From Podarcis tiliguerta (Eukaryota), in NCBI GenBank assembly GCA_965153285.1, contig OZ229110.1: a stretch of DNA of 64,000 bases; one strand, given 5' to 3'. Position numbers and translations under genes: made by a program. The notes under the pieces are model-generated. The model did no database searches and was not told the DNA's origin. It saw only the letters and a program-made list of their open reading frames with translations. Below, piece by piece: positions 48,451 through 62,530 of this stretch (the first letter of the stretch is position 1; each line of letters opens with the position of its first letter).

Positions 48451-51400
48451 GCAACACACAAGCATATAGTATATGTTTAGCCCAGAGATGAGCCAGAACA
48501 GTGCAAGGAGGAAGAGATGATTAATGGGCAATAATAATATGATGGATAATAAAGACAATCTCTGAGGTTGGAGGTAATCCCTGGTGTGACTGTTGTAATC
48601 CTGCCCTCAAGTGTAGGATGTGGGAGGTGGGGCAGATCCTTAGTCTCTTAGTATTGTATTGATCATACAATTTGCCTTTCTTGCCCAGCTGCGCAGTTAT
48701 GAATTGGATGCTTCCCTTCCTTTATTCCTAGTGTTCGTCCTCTGCAGATGGGAATGGGCCTCCACTGTGAGACCGCTCTGGGGATCCGTTCTTCACACAG
48801 AGTCTTTGGGTGACTCCTGATGAGCTCATTTGGCTTTTGCAAGCAGCTGCCTCACAAAAATACCAGCTGTGCCATTAAAAGAGCCTAGCAGACAAGCCTC
48901 ATTGAATCAACAGTCACACCCAGTGCATTACCAGTCTGCAAGCGTGAGCATGCTCCCATTACTACGCTGCTTTGCACAGAAACATCCACAATCTCCAACA
49001 CACACACACTCAAACACACACAGACGTAGGTTGTTCACAACGCACTGTGGAGACCTGACAATTGCACAGCTTGTCTCCAACAGTAATAGGTAAAGCGGAA
49101 GGTGTGTTGTGTTTGCTTTTAATTAGGGAGGCATTTGTTGTGCATGAGAATTTAAGAGCCAAATTATTTCATGATAAAATGGGTGATCTTGATAGTGAGA
49201 TCTAGTGTTATTATCTTTCCCTGGCAGGTATGGGATGATAGATGTGTTAAACGGACTGACAACCAGATCGCAAACAAGTTAAGCTAGTGAACTTGGATTT
49301 AGCACTGCTTAATCCTAATACAGTATTTTGAATATACTTGTTTATTGATAGAATTGTTCAGGGCCATTGCACTCCCCAACCCAAACTGGAGATCCTAGGC
49401 CCAGAAGTGCCCCCGCTATGTAAAAAATGAGGATCTGCAGACTTGTACTGGGCACAGATTGTATAAAACTGCTGACTGCAAGTATAGTGTTGAACAATAT
49501 ACAAATAGTTGAGAACATTCTAACAAAGCCTTTTAGAAGTTGTGGCAATGAAGTTCAGTGATTATTAAAAATAAGCTAGACTTGTCCAAGGGCCCAAAGG
49601 GGTAGCATCGGAGTTCTGGTGACCTGCTTCTTGAGAACACCTTTGTGCCATTCATAATTTTCTCCATTGTTATGCAACTGAAGAGGTAGATTTGAGATGA
49701 TGCATTCAAACAGCGCCATCCTTGATTTTGTACATATGTCACATATACATGGAACTTGTTTCTTGTAGGTCATAGTAGATCACAGTTCACACAGCAGTAA
49801 AAGCTGCAGTTTGCTAACAGAGCTAAAAGGGCAAAGTACCAAAGTGAGATTTTGCAGAGTTGGTTTTTAAAAAGAGAGATCCCTTTGAATATACTGGATC
49901 TAGAGGAGTCCCCTGGAAAATGTCACATTCCATGTCTGTTGTGCCTTTGAAGTCATGTTGTTATGGGGTAATGTTCATAGACTGGTCTGACAGATGCAAC
50001 TTTCACCTCAACTAAGAATTTTTCTGCTTTCTAATTTAAGGGTAGTTGCAGCTCTCAGCCTCTGCAAAATAATTATTATGGATCACTTGTTTGAGACAGG
50101 ATCTTATGGTTAACAGGTACCAGAGCATCTTGCAGTTCACCTTCCTGCCTTAAGGCAGGAATGCTCACCCACACACTTCTTGCATAATCCAGACCATAGT
50201 GTGCCACAAGCTTAGTGCCAGGGTGACTGAGGCGTCTTATGTAGACGGTGTAAAATTATCCAGATGCTTCAACTTAGTGAGCCAAAGCACATATTGCAAG
50301 GCCTTCTAGTTAAATGTGATGTGGACTACAATTCCTTCCAAATAAAAGGATAAGATGCTCTTTAGTGTTTCAATAGGTTGTACATTTCTGTAAGTTTCCT
50401 CAGTATTTTGGTTGCTAAAAAGAAAAATGTAATCTGGGGCTTCTCCATTCTGCTGATATTGTTTAGGGATGCATATCAAAAGCTGAAATTGTCCCATGTG
50501 AAGCTCATTCCACAGGGAAATGGAGAAATCTAGCTCCAAAGCCGGACTATTTGGCATCCCCCTGAGAAGTAGGGAGTATAAAATTGAAGACCATTCAAAT
50601 CTTCCAGTGAAATCAGCAACAATCCCATCAGACTTCTTTCTTTTTTTTAAAGGTTCTTGTTCAGGGATGTTTGGAAATGCAGTTATCATTTCTGCACAAA
50701 GATCTCTTCAGTGGTGCCCGTAGCATTTGACAAAAACAAAAAAGATTTTCATTGTGGTGCTGGTTTGACTTGGTGTACCATAGCAAAGGAGAACAGTGAT
50801 GCCATCTGTCATCCTTGGCTGAGGTGGGAATAGTAAGGGGGGGGCTGGACTGGAGTTTCCGCTGCTCCTTGCCAATAACTCTGATCAAGCTGGTTGTGTC
50901 CTGGAAAGCTTGCACACTGCTCTTAAGGGTAAAGTTAGATCTAATCTGGCTGGCTGCTTCCGAAGTAGCAGAGAGATTGAAATCTGCAGATTTTGACAGC
51001 CTGCCGGGAAAGGAGCAATGGCATTCTCTTCTCACGGGATGGATTTAGATGCAAGGGATCAGAGCTAACTAAAAGGAAGGAATGTGCATGAGGCGTCGTA
51101 TACAGATGGATAAGTATACAGATGGATAAGCAGAACCGGTATGCTGCGTAACTTTCCAGCAATCAAGCGGTCTCTGCGGGGGTGTAATCCTGGGTGGGTT
51201 GCTAATCTGCTCAGTGTATCTCAAAAGGTCAGGAAGAGCTCAGTGGATGTAGTGTCATGGGTGGCGCTTAAAGGTGACATGAAAAGGATTCTAAAAATTC
51301 CACAAAGGCATTTATTCTTGGTTGGGCAGCAGTGTCTTAGGAATATAATCAAGGTTTAAGCCCCCATGGTCACAGATCACAACCCACTGATAAAAGCATC

Positions 51401-53759
51401 TGCTTCAAAAAAACCTTGTACCAGCAAAGGGTCTCCCTGCGCTTACAATAAGTCCATGAACCCACACCACTTATCAGCCTTTCTCCTCTCCCCTCCCCTC
51501 CTGTTCCCTCACACTGGCCCAGTAAAGGATCAGTGGAAATATTTGGTTTGAATTCCAGTGCAAATATTTGTTTGAGACTCTAAACAAGCCTCTGGAAAGG
51601 TCTGTCTGCTGCTACTGTGCAAGCATGGAAAAGTAAAACTGGCCATAATCATCAAAGAAAAAGGAATTTCTTTAAATGCTTAAGATGAAAGGGCCCTGCA
51701 GACGAACATGGCGACCATTTTACAAAGCGGCAACATGCCAATATCTGCCCGGCTGCCACATGGGGACGTGGATGAGAAAGTTACTGCACCTTCTCACTCT
51801 GTGCCAGAGAGCTGGGGAAGCCAGGGAGTGATGCAATTCTCAGCTTCCTTTGGCAGTGTGGTATACAACCATCTTCCTTCCTGGTTACATGCACACTGTA
51901 GTAATTTACATCGTAACACAAGTTAGTGAAGTATGAATTCAGGATGGATTTAGAGTGCAAGAGGTGGATGTCTGGCTGATGGAGGGGGTGATTGTAGCAG
52001 GGCCCTGAGCCCTGCCTGCTAAAGGGGAGGTTTAGCTAAACGGTTATAGTGAGGTTCTCCTCCCCAGTCATTCCAAACATGTCTTTAAAAGCAGTGTTGG
52101 CTGGTGCCTCTTGGGACTGGCAGTGGGGAGGCAGAGGGGCCAACAAAAGGTGAAGGCAGAGTCAGTGGGCAGGCAGAAACAGCTAGTTCTGATCCCCCCC
52201 CCCCCCCGACTCTTTCTAGTTGAGTTCCTCAAGGGTAATGCTGAGATTAATCAGGAGGGAGCTGGCAAGCATTGTGCCACCCCCTGGGCTGGTTGTAAGT
52301 ATGAAGGCAGGCAGGGCAGGCTGGTGGGATCTGGCCGAGAGCAGTTTCTTTATTTCACAAAATTTATGTATCTCATGAATGTAAGAGAACCTCTAAGCAA
52401 ATTGCAAAAGTATAAAACAAAACATGAAAAATATTGATAAACAGGTAAAAACAGGCATTTAAGATACTCAAAAGATGATTGACATCACCAGTAGCTAAAA
52501 CTAAATAAGACACATGTTGCTTCTGCATGTATGAAGGCTGGTGGGGCAGTGCCCCGTTTGTCCTAGTAGGCCAGCCAAAAGAGTTGGGAACGTTTCCTGC
52601 CAGCCAGAATGGAGTCTGGAATTGGGAGCTGCAGGCAGAAAAGACAATTGGCTTTTTTGTTGTTCAGTGAGGGGCTTGGGGACCCTTGGTTCTTCCTGTC
52701 TGGAGACTACACCATTTCCATTAAGAGGACTGTGGTGGCTGGTTTATAAACTGAGTTCAGATTGTACCCCATAGAAAACGTAAAGTAAGAGATCTGTGAG
52801 CCCTGCTGTGCCTCTAAGAAGCAGCAGCAAAGGCCGGACTGAAGGTCCACAGCAAACCAGCTTCTCATGCCCTTCATCTGTGGCGTTGGTTCCATCCAGT
52901 TCTGGCAGGGATTTGATAAACATTAGCTCGATGTTTGTGGTGAATTTCAGAACTGGTGAAAGCTGCTAGACTGGCTCTGGAAACACTTAGTTTTTAGCAA
53001 AAAACAACAAGTAAAGTCCTTGATGGCTTTTCAATTTGTCCGCCTCATTGCAATAAAGGTCAAGCTGGGAACTGAAACCCTGTAGCCCAAAGAGGCTAGT
53101 GTAATCTAGGTTGGAAAAGCAAATACGTATATGTTGTTTATTTGTCCTTTCTGAAGGCTTCTGAAATGGTGTGAGTTTTAAGGGATAGGAGGGGGGAAGT
53201 ATTAGTTGTGGCCACGATTGCGTAGACATTCGAAGCTGCATTTGAACAGGAAGGTATTAAGAGTATATAATTGGAAGGATCAGTAGATGAATTGTTTCTT
53301 AATATGTCTTAACTGCCTTATGGTATTCACAATTCAGGCAGGGACTTGCAGAGTGGTTATTATAAAATTAGCATAGGGTAACTGCATAGGGTGGAAGGCA
53401 GGAAAGTAGCACGGCACCCCTGCAACCAAATGGAGATATGTAGTTACACTTAATCCCTCCCATGGCTGTTTATAATGTTTTAAAAAAGAATTAGAAAAAA
53501 CCCCACCTTGGAGATCTAATCATGGATCTCTTGCCATCTCATCTAGTTTGGCCCTTGGATATGCCTCTAGGAATGTAAACTGCGAATGTAACAAGTGTTT
53601 CAAAGAGGTATATGAAAAGAGAACCTGAGATAGAATGGAATAGATCACATGCTAATATAATGAAATTAATACAAGAATAAATTAAAAAATGTTAGGTTAA
53701 CATTACACGACTGTACTATTTTATTCATGTAATATTAACCTAACTTTTTTTATTATTAT

Positions 53760-53822
53760 GGCGCCGCAACCCCAGAGTCGTCCGCAACTGGACCTAACAG
53801 TCAGGCGTACCTTTACCTTTTT
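53760..53822 (+). mobile_element. Sauria SINE 3' tail fragment
   Basis: GGCGCCGCAACCCCAGAGTCG..TACCTTTACCTTT. Confidence 0.75.
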
Positions 53823-56814
53823 ATGTATAGTAATTCATTCTTTTAAAAAAAATTGTCTACAATGCAAAGCTTATAAACAATTTATAAATATATTTTAAGA
53901 AAAGGTACACCTGCTGGGGAAGGGCTGCAGCTACCTGTTGAGTGTCTGCCTGATTTTGCCCCTGTTACAGTCCTCAGGTGGCTGGCAGGCAGTGACTGAA
54001 CACTTCTGGTCCCCTTACAGACAGGGCTGTCTTTGAATGAGAGTCCCAAAGTTTTCTTTTTGAAAATCTTTGCCTCTATTTGCAAATATTCTGGGGAACA
54101 TTGAAGCCAAAGGATTCCACTCTTCATCACGATACATATCCCACTGAAGCAAATAACTAAGCAACATAGAATCCTTTGGCTCACTGGCAAATTTTGGTCT
54201 TTGATCCTGATCCCATCTTCTTAGCGCTGGAGAAATGTGGAGAATCTGACATGCTGGCAGAACCGGTTTCAAAAGTTTCTTATGAAACACTCCCCCCCCC
54301 CCCCAGTGTCTGCTGCCCTTTATCTTCCAAGTCTATGGCCGCTTTCATGCTAACGAAAATTATGGCTTCACTTCTGACTGGAATTCAGGGGAAGAGTTCC
54401 ATGTCCACATGTAAAATAAGGTGCGGCAGGTGCAGTTCTAAGAAGAGAGGCCTCCAGGTACATTCCATGTTGTTTCAGTCATTATTAGCTGTTCTTCCTG
54501 TGAGTCAATACTGAACCCTGGACAACTGAGCTCTGTACACATCCTGCCCCCCATCCACAAAATTGTGGTTAGTCCCTTTCTTTCATACTGTTTTCCTGAA
54601 ACCTACCTTCCCATTTCCTGCTTAAGTTAAAATGCACAGTTAGCCATTGCAGTGCTTTACAATAGGTACTTGATATTATTCGGATTTTACATTACTGTTA
54701 GCCTTGCGATAGAGCTTGGATGATCCTAAACCTTACATTCATCCTATTGTATTGGCTAGTTTATTAGGAATCTTTGGGCACAGAAGTTCTAGCTTCAGTA
54801 TATGAAATAAGGGTAGATTAGAAATCCCATCTGACTCCATAAATTCAGATTCCTGCCTGATTGACAAAATGAAAGCCATGCACTGTGATGTGGGTTTAAA
54901 AAAATGTAGACAGTTTTTTGGATAATTTTCAGATGTGCTAAATTGATTGATTTAGAATGTGTATTTGACTTCTTTTTAAAGTTTTGTTTACTAAATGTGT
55001 GCTATGTTGATTTACATGCCTACAAACATCTCAGCAGATTTTACCAGTAGCTAAAAGTATTTGAACTGTAATGTTTTGATTAGGAAAAATATAACTGAAG
55101 GACACTTAGCAGTGCAATCTTGTGTATATTTGCTCAGAAATAGGTCCCCTAGTATTCAAGGGGGCACATTGCCAGGCTAAGTGTGCATAGGATTGCTGCC
55201 AGAAATGAGGTTCAAATGAATTAAAACTAATGCAAGGATGTACTTGGAAATTATTTTTATTAGAATATTTAAATATTTTTTACTAAACAAATATGTTTAA
55301 GATACAGCAACTCAATAGTGTATATACTTACATTGTTTAAGTTTTAAGGAAAAAGTTAAACACTGAGAGCTGCTAACATACTAATCTTAGCACATTCAAA
55401 GAGCTATGCATCTTTATTTGCTGGGTTGCCCTTCTGGGATCCTACAGAGGCTCTTGTGGGGTGGCAGGGTGGGGGAAGGGTTTTTTCCAATTCACTCCCT
55501 TCCCTGCACAACCCCCAGTGCCATCTCCCAAACTGGTCTGGAGGGTCCTAGCTTGGGGAAGGGGGAATTAGCAAAATTCTCTCCCCCCCCCTTCAGCAGA
55601 AACATCTTGTGAGCTGAACTCTGCTGGCAGGAAGTCTGGAAACAAAACACACGCACATTTTTCCTAGGGGTCGTCACTTGGAAAAGAAAGTTAATTACCC
55701 CTTTGAATGTGCCTCATTTGACTGGTACTATATCCATTAACTATATTTGTAATGTTATGAAACAATGCAGTTTTAGAAATGGAAAATGTTTCACTGAAAA
55801 AAATACAGGAGTGGGACATTTGCCACAATGGAAACTTTTCTGCTCAACATCCGTGGATAGGTGTAGTATTACCGTGGAGTCTTGCACGTTCTTACTGAAG
55901 TCCTAGATCCGACTTAATTTAAGTTTCACATTCTGGTAATGTAGGTGACATCAGTAGCAATGAAAACTAGATAATAACAGTTTTACGACCCTATGCAACT
56001 TCCTGGATTAAGTATTTATCTAGATACTGAAGAAAAAGAGATATTCCTGGTTGTTTCTGAAAATCCCTCTTTACTCCAAATGAGGATTGTTGGAAGTGTA
56101 AGAAAGGGAAGTTTCACACCCTGTGTACCGAATCTGAGGTGTGACCTGGCTTGCTATCTGCTATAATGCTAGCTGTTATAATGAGGTAGACCTTTGAACT
56201 GAGAGGCATAAAAAGTGCTGTTAGATTTGTTATTGATATATTGGACTTTGATACCACAGTGAGTAAAGGAGCATATCCTGCTTCTTCTAAATAGATGACA
56301 ATGCTGCAGCCTTCACTGTGGCCACAACTGATATGAGAACATGTACTCACTGTGGGATTGTCCACACACTCTGCTCCTAGCAATACTGTATCAGACGTCA
56401 TGATCTTTGGGCTCAACAGGTTGGTTGTATGATCAGTGACTACAAAAAACTATAGAGTGAAGCAACAGAAAGAATGCTTCCTGCATAATTCCTAGCCACT
56501 TGAAAACAAAATAGTGGGTTGGACTTCTTGATTCACTAATCGGAAGTTTTGAGTGTGGCTTGGTGGGGGTGAATGCTAATCTCACATAGTGTCCTATCCA
56601 CTGGGTGGCACTGTGGCTTTTGTCTGGCTCTGAACCTCCTAAGCAAAAGGCAACAGAATTAGATGAAAATGAGACTGGTAAATTTAAGGTCATGGGCACG
56701 TTCTTGCTTAAAATGCATGTGGATAAAGGCTAGATGATTTAGAGTAGTGCATCTCCAGTTCGTGAGAACTTGTAAGTTAGATTTGAAGTTCAGTAGCTTA
56801 TCGTGAGGAGTGAA

Positions 56815-58280
56815 CTATGTACTTAGACTTTCACCAAGTTTTGATAAATTCCCTCACCAAGGATTCCTGAGTAAGATTGGCTGTCATGGGATATAAGGAT
56901 AAGGTCCTCTTATGGATCAGTAATTGGCTAAGGAAAAGGAAGCAGAGAGTAGGAAAAAAAGAAGTTCTCACAATGGTTTTAAACACTTCAACTTATGCAC
57001 CTACTAGCAACACCTAATAATAATCTTACTAAATTTGAAACCTTGGGCTGAAAACTCAGGGTGTTTTACGGAAAGGGCTTGTATCTGCAATATACAGGAA
57101 ATTGTTAGATCTGTCTACTAGATCCCTTATAGGACTAAGACACTATGGGACATGGATATGGGGATGGTTATATCAGAAACTAAGTGGAAGAAATTATGGA
57201 CCTATGAACTATATTGGCTTATATGCAGGAATGTTTGTTGAACATCTAAAGATGTTGTTGCATGTTGTTTCATCTTTCATATACAACTTCACAAATTACA
57301 TCATGTTGTTGGTGTGGCTGTGCAAGCATAAGGCTTGTTGTTTTTCTGTTTATGGTGGGAGTGTCCTCTTGTACAGAACATTTGGTCTGAGGTGTATCTG
57401 GGAATTTCTGCTGTTTGTAGGACTCCTGTTCAAATAACTCGACAACTTTCACTTTTCAGTGTATGGGATGATCAGACACAACAAGAACAAAACTGTGGTT
57501 GTTGGCAGCAGCCAGGATATCTATTTGCACAAAAGTGGAAGACATTGCAAGGATTACATATTTCCCTATGGCATAAAAATGTATGGAACATTGAGATAGT
57601 GGGGGAAATAGTGCATAATTGGAATGTTTCCAAGAGATCGAAAATGTCGGAACATTTCCATCCTGTGTGAGGAGAGTTCATTTCTTACACTGCTACAAAT
57701 AGCCTTCAGAACATTGTAGCTATACCAACACCTAAAATATGGCATGCTGTATGTAAGAATATGTGAATGTTTTATATATTGTTGTGTCTCTCTATTGTGA
57801 TTTTGCATCAACTGAGAATATTTGTTTATAGTCATCCCTGGTTAGGTTGTACTGTATGGTGTGTGTGTTTATATACATATCAATAACAATGATAAAACAA
57901 TGGGATTGATATTGGCTCCTGTGCTTTGCAATTTGCTCATAAGACTTGGAGTTTGGAGTGAGCAGTATGGTGGCCAAATTTGCTGAGGAAACCAAATTTT
58001 TCAGTGTGGTATAACAAGGGATTGTGAGATCTAAAAGGGTATATCCAAACTAGCTGAATGGACATTAAAACTGCAAGTGTAAAGTGATTTGAATTGGGGC
58101 AAAAAATCCTAACTTCACATTTGGGCTATGAGCTGGTGGTTCCTGACCAGAAAAGAGATTTTGGAGTCATGGAGCACAGCTCAACAAAAATGCTCCCAGT
58201 ATGTGGCAGGAGTGAAAAAGGTGGATTCACTGTTGAGGACTGTGAGGAAAGGGTTTCAAGATAAAACTGCTACTATCATA
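56815..58280 (+). mobile_element. Decayed CR1 RT fragment interrupted by an L1-like insertion (56977-57896)
   Basis: Left part YLDF..FDK.PHQ..WI.NWLRKRKQRVG; right part VAKFAEETK (FADD motif); middle part WWECPLVQNIWSEV is L1-like. Confidence 0.7.
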
Positions 58281-61200
58281 CAATTTTAGCTAGGAGTATA
58301 AATCAGTTGGATGTATTATATGTTCTAAGATTGTTCTTTGAACAATCAGATACAATTTAACTTTAAAGATGAGAATTTTGCTCTACTTAAGTGTAGTTAA
58401 TTAAGACTAACCTGAGATTTATTTAGACATATTTCAAATGAGGAAAGAGATATGATTTTACTTTTCCAGTCAGCAGTGTCCAACCTATTCAGTAAATGTT
58501 ATTGAGTTACTCTGCAAAGTATCTAGAGAATTCCTGGAAACAAGACCTTTGGTCAAAGCAGTGTTTACAAACTTCTTTCCTTACCTGGACTTTCTTTTTT
58601 AAAAAAATTGTAAGCTTGATCTCAGCAAAAGTGAAAATAAAGATGCAAATGTTTTTGCTAGATAAAGTCAAGGTCTTGCAAGTTCAGCTTTCTGTTTCTA
58701 TCAGCTCTCTTCATCAAATGCCTCTGAAAATTAATAAGGGGAAAGTTTGTCTGCAGCATCTGGCTTTAGGAGAGTTACTGCCTGTGACCATGGAGGTTTC
58801 ATTTAGCTGCCTTAGCTAATGGCTTCTGATTTATTCTTTCTGAATTTCTCCAGTCCTTCAAAAAAGTCACCTGAGGTAAAAGTTCATACCTCAGGGTTCC
58901 ATAAGATACTTCTTCAGACAGTACATAAATTGGTCAGTCTTGAACCTACTGTCAATCATCTTCAGGGGTGTTCCAAGTTCTGGCATTACAAGAGTGTGAG
59001 AAACATTTGTCTTTGTGTTGCGTTCCCACTCATATTTTATGGAACTCTTATTATCCCACCCTTTCCCCCTCCCCCTTGAGTTTGTTGGTTTAGAAAACCA
59101 GACTTTCCTTGTAGGAAGGTGTTTGATTCCTTTGATTTTATCCCACAATGCAGTGCACACTTCATTGGAAGTAAATCCCCTAGCAGAAATTGGGACTAAC
59201 TGAGCAATCCTATCGTTGAGTAATGCTGGCTGAGGGGCTTTAGCATATGGCAGAAGCCCTACTATGCTAGTGGAACTCAATGTATACTGGCAGATCATTT
59301 CACTGGCCTATCTGCCTGTGAACTTGCTCTCAGAATGACCAAAATGGGGTGAAGCCATGGGCAGGACAGAGCAGCAGCGAAGGAGCACAATTATGTCATA
59401 TTATGCAGTCCTCCAGGCCACACCCATACTCCCATTAATGGTGTAACTTTACACTGGCTCCAGACCTGGCTCAAGAAATTCCCTTCTCATTAAGTTCAGT
59501 GGAAGGAGGGGAAATGGCTTTCCCCACATCGACTCCTCCCACCACAAAACATCATGTGCTACGCTTATTCGTGGTATCTCAGCTCTCAGTCTCAGCACCC
59601 CACCACAGATGTATAAATTCCACACAGGGAGACCATAACTGGTGATAGTCCATGCAAGGTGGGGCTATATTTGCCTGGTTGTGTACTCTTAGAGCTCATA
59701 AAGGGGAACCTTAGGGAGCAGCATTATGGGGAAAGGGCACATTGTGCAAACAACCTTTCTCCAGGACAAATATGGGGACTGGAGCACATGACTAACACTT
59801 CTCTTGAGGCTCCCACTTTTGGATTGTCCTGCTCTGAAAAGTAATAGACACTATAGGCATTGGTCCTTCAGAATGTGGGCTTTTTCTGTTTAGTCAGTCA
59901 TATGAGCTCCTCCAGCTAGTTTGCAAACTGCTGTCAGGTTAAGTGGTTCTTAAATAAACAGCACTTTAGCAGGGAGACTCAGGCCAAGCAGGTTCCCAGA
60001 CACTTGGCCAGAAACACTTCCTTTTCTTTGTTTTTCCCTGGTCTGCCTTTCACGGCAGCATCCATCCCTTTTGCATCCAGTCTCATGGCTTCAGCCTACC
60101 CTTCTTGGATAGAATCTCTGCAGCTGTTAACCACAGGGCCCAGCCTTACCCTATGAGCAAAGGCTCATGTCTTCCAAGTCATGAAAGGAGAGACCTTGGA
60201 TTTTTTTTGTTGAGGAGAGCTTGTTGCTTCTAGTGCAGAATCAAATGAGCACGCCAATATTATGTCACCACATTCCAGTGGGAACCCTTAATTGAAGGTA
60301 GAAGGTGTGTTGCCTGTCAGTGATGAGCTTGGAAGATGATGGGTAATATGTTGGTGCATACAATGGGGTGCTCAGTGTCAGAGGCAAATAGGTCCACCAT
60401 GAAATCATGGGAACTCAAGGGTGTGTTAAGAGTTAAGGAATTGTTGAAACTGTTCATGGCAGTGTTATCGTGGTGTCTGATAGCTGTGTGGACATCCAGC
60501 TCTCATGGTTTTCACGATGAACCCACTTTTTGCAGTTGGACCCCAGTATATTTTTTTAAAACTACTTTTAATTTTGGTTTTATTTTTAAAAAATCCAAAA
60601 GACAAGCCTTTTCAAAAGAATTAGAAACTGAGATTTAAAAGATCGCCCCATTCTTGTGCGTGTGTGACATTTAGTGGCAAACATAATAAGCATACTATGT
60701 GTGCCATATATTTGAGTAAATAAGTTTGAGTATTACACAATACAGAAGTATGCAGTTACCTTTTAGAGGCAATTTTTATTGTTGACAGTCTTCAGAAAGT
60801 CCCTGCGAGGTTCCTGATTTCAGAGTTACTCAGTGTCAAATTTGGTGAAATCCCTTGAGATGAATGGCTTTATAACGCCATAATAACACATGCCTCCTAG
60901 GACACTTTGAGGGATGGGGAAATCCATGATTAGAATCGGTGCTATTTTAGCAGCTTGCCAGCACACGAGAGTGTTTCCGGACACTTCCAAGCCAGACCAG
61001 CTGTGTCCTCTTTCCTCCCTCTCTTGTTTGTGTGGGAGGAAGTGTGTGTGTCTCAGCCGAAGTCCTCAGTGGGAAATGAGGAGCCAGATTTTGTTCTGGG
61101 CGTGGTGCTCACATGTAGGAGTGTTTGGGGGGGCGGGGGGAGAAAGACGTCAGCAGCCTCCACACCTTCAGGGTTCAGAGGCCATTCCCAGCTTTATTTG

Positions 61201-61712
61201 GCAGATTTGTCACCTGCGCAACAGTGCAGACAGCCTGGCAGACAAACGAGTGAAGGATGTTGATCTGGGAGGAGAAGAGCACCCTGGAATGGCTTCCGTC
61301 GCAGATTGTTAAGCTCTTTGGTGAGGAGTTGGGTTTTTCTTGATGAAAAAGTGATCCCCGCCCCCTCGTTCCGGTACTAGGACTTTGTGAAATGGGTCTA
61401 GGAGCAGGGAAAGTTTCCTCCTGGCAGCCAGAAGGAATCTGGATAGAGATGGAAGTTACGGTAGCTGACAGAACATGGGCTTGTTGCCACTCGCTTGTCT
61501 ACCTGCTTGGAGCTAGTGGAGAAAGCCAGGCAGAGTTACGCTATACCCTTGAAGGACACTCAAAAGTGCATTCCTGCCCCCCTCCAATGAACTCTGGGCA
61601 ATGTAGTTTGTTCAGAGTTGCTGGGAATGATAACTCTGTGAAGGGTAAATGACAGTGTCCAGAATTCTTTGAGGGAATGAATATGCTTCAAATAAGCTTT
61701 AAAGGTATAATG

Positions 61713-62121
61713 TGTAGGAAGAGGCTGTGGCAGAGAGCAGGTCAGAGTCAGAAGTGGAGGCTGGAAAGGAGGGAGGCCCAGAGGCAGAGTGGAGGCAGGC
61801 TGCTGAAGATGCCAGGAGGTCTCCCCTTCCTGCTGTGATCAGCTCTCCTCCCTCCTGGTCTTCCAGAACATGCAGAGGAATGAAGAGGGCAGATCAAAGA
61901 GAGACAAGACAAAGGACCCTCAGGATAGGAGGAACATTAGAGAGCGGTGGAGAAGCAGAGACCCTTCAGTCCTTGCAGCTGCCTCATTGGGGCAAGATGT
62001 GCTGGGAACAGTTGCTGTGACCACTAGGCCTGAGATGTTTTGTTTCTTTGAATAAAGAGTTAACCTCACAGGCACTTTGTGAGTTATTGCTGACCTGCTC
62101 TCAGCTTCCGCCTTGAGAACA
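61713..62121 (+). mobile_element. Possible solo LTR
   Basis: TGT...ACA ends about 410 bp apart, purine-rich body, AATAAA at 62051-62056; no clear TSD. Confidence 0.4.
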
Positions 62122-62530
62122 CCTCACTTGTGGAGTGTTCTGGGCACTTAGTCTTCAAGAACTTGTTTATCATCCTTTCATATGTATGGTGAAAACCTAG
62201 TAGAAATCCTTAATTTCACGATTGCTTCCATAAATGTACATAAAATTTATAGAGCAAAAGATACATGAACTATATGTCCCCTTGGAACATACTCCTAGTT
62301 AGTACAAAAACTCTGCTGAGTTGCAAACGAATATGTTGTTGCACTAGTTAATAGATATGCTTTATTTAGGAAATAGCCGAATTAGAAAGCTGGAAAATGT
62401 TTAAATCAATTATGTACAGCAGCCCTTTCATCTTGGTGGTTTTCACTTTGATTAAAATTGCTGTTCCCAGCAACTCCCTCTAATTTATGTGTCAGGTATA
62501 ATTTGTGTAAGATGAACCTTAACATTTCAG

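Noticed and set aside
51098-51140. Perfect 16-bp tandem duplication before a possible donor CCG|GTATGC, considered as a coding first exon of the RhoGEF gene
   Set aside because: An in-frame TAA lies just before the donor with or without the duplication; at most a 5' UTR exon, which cannot be supported from sequence alone
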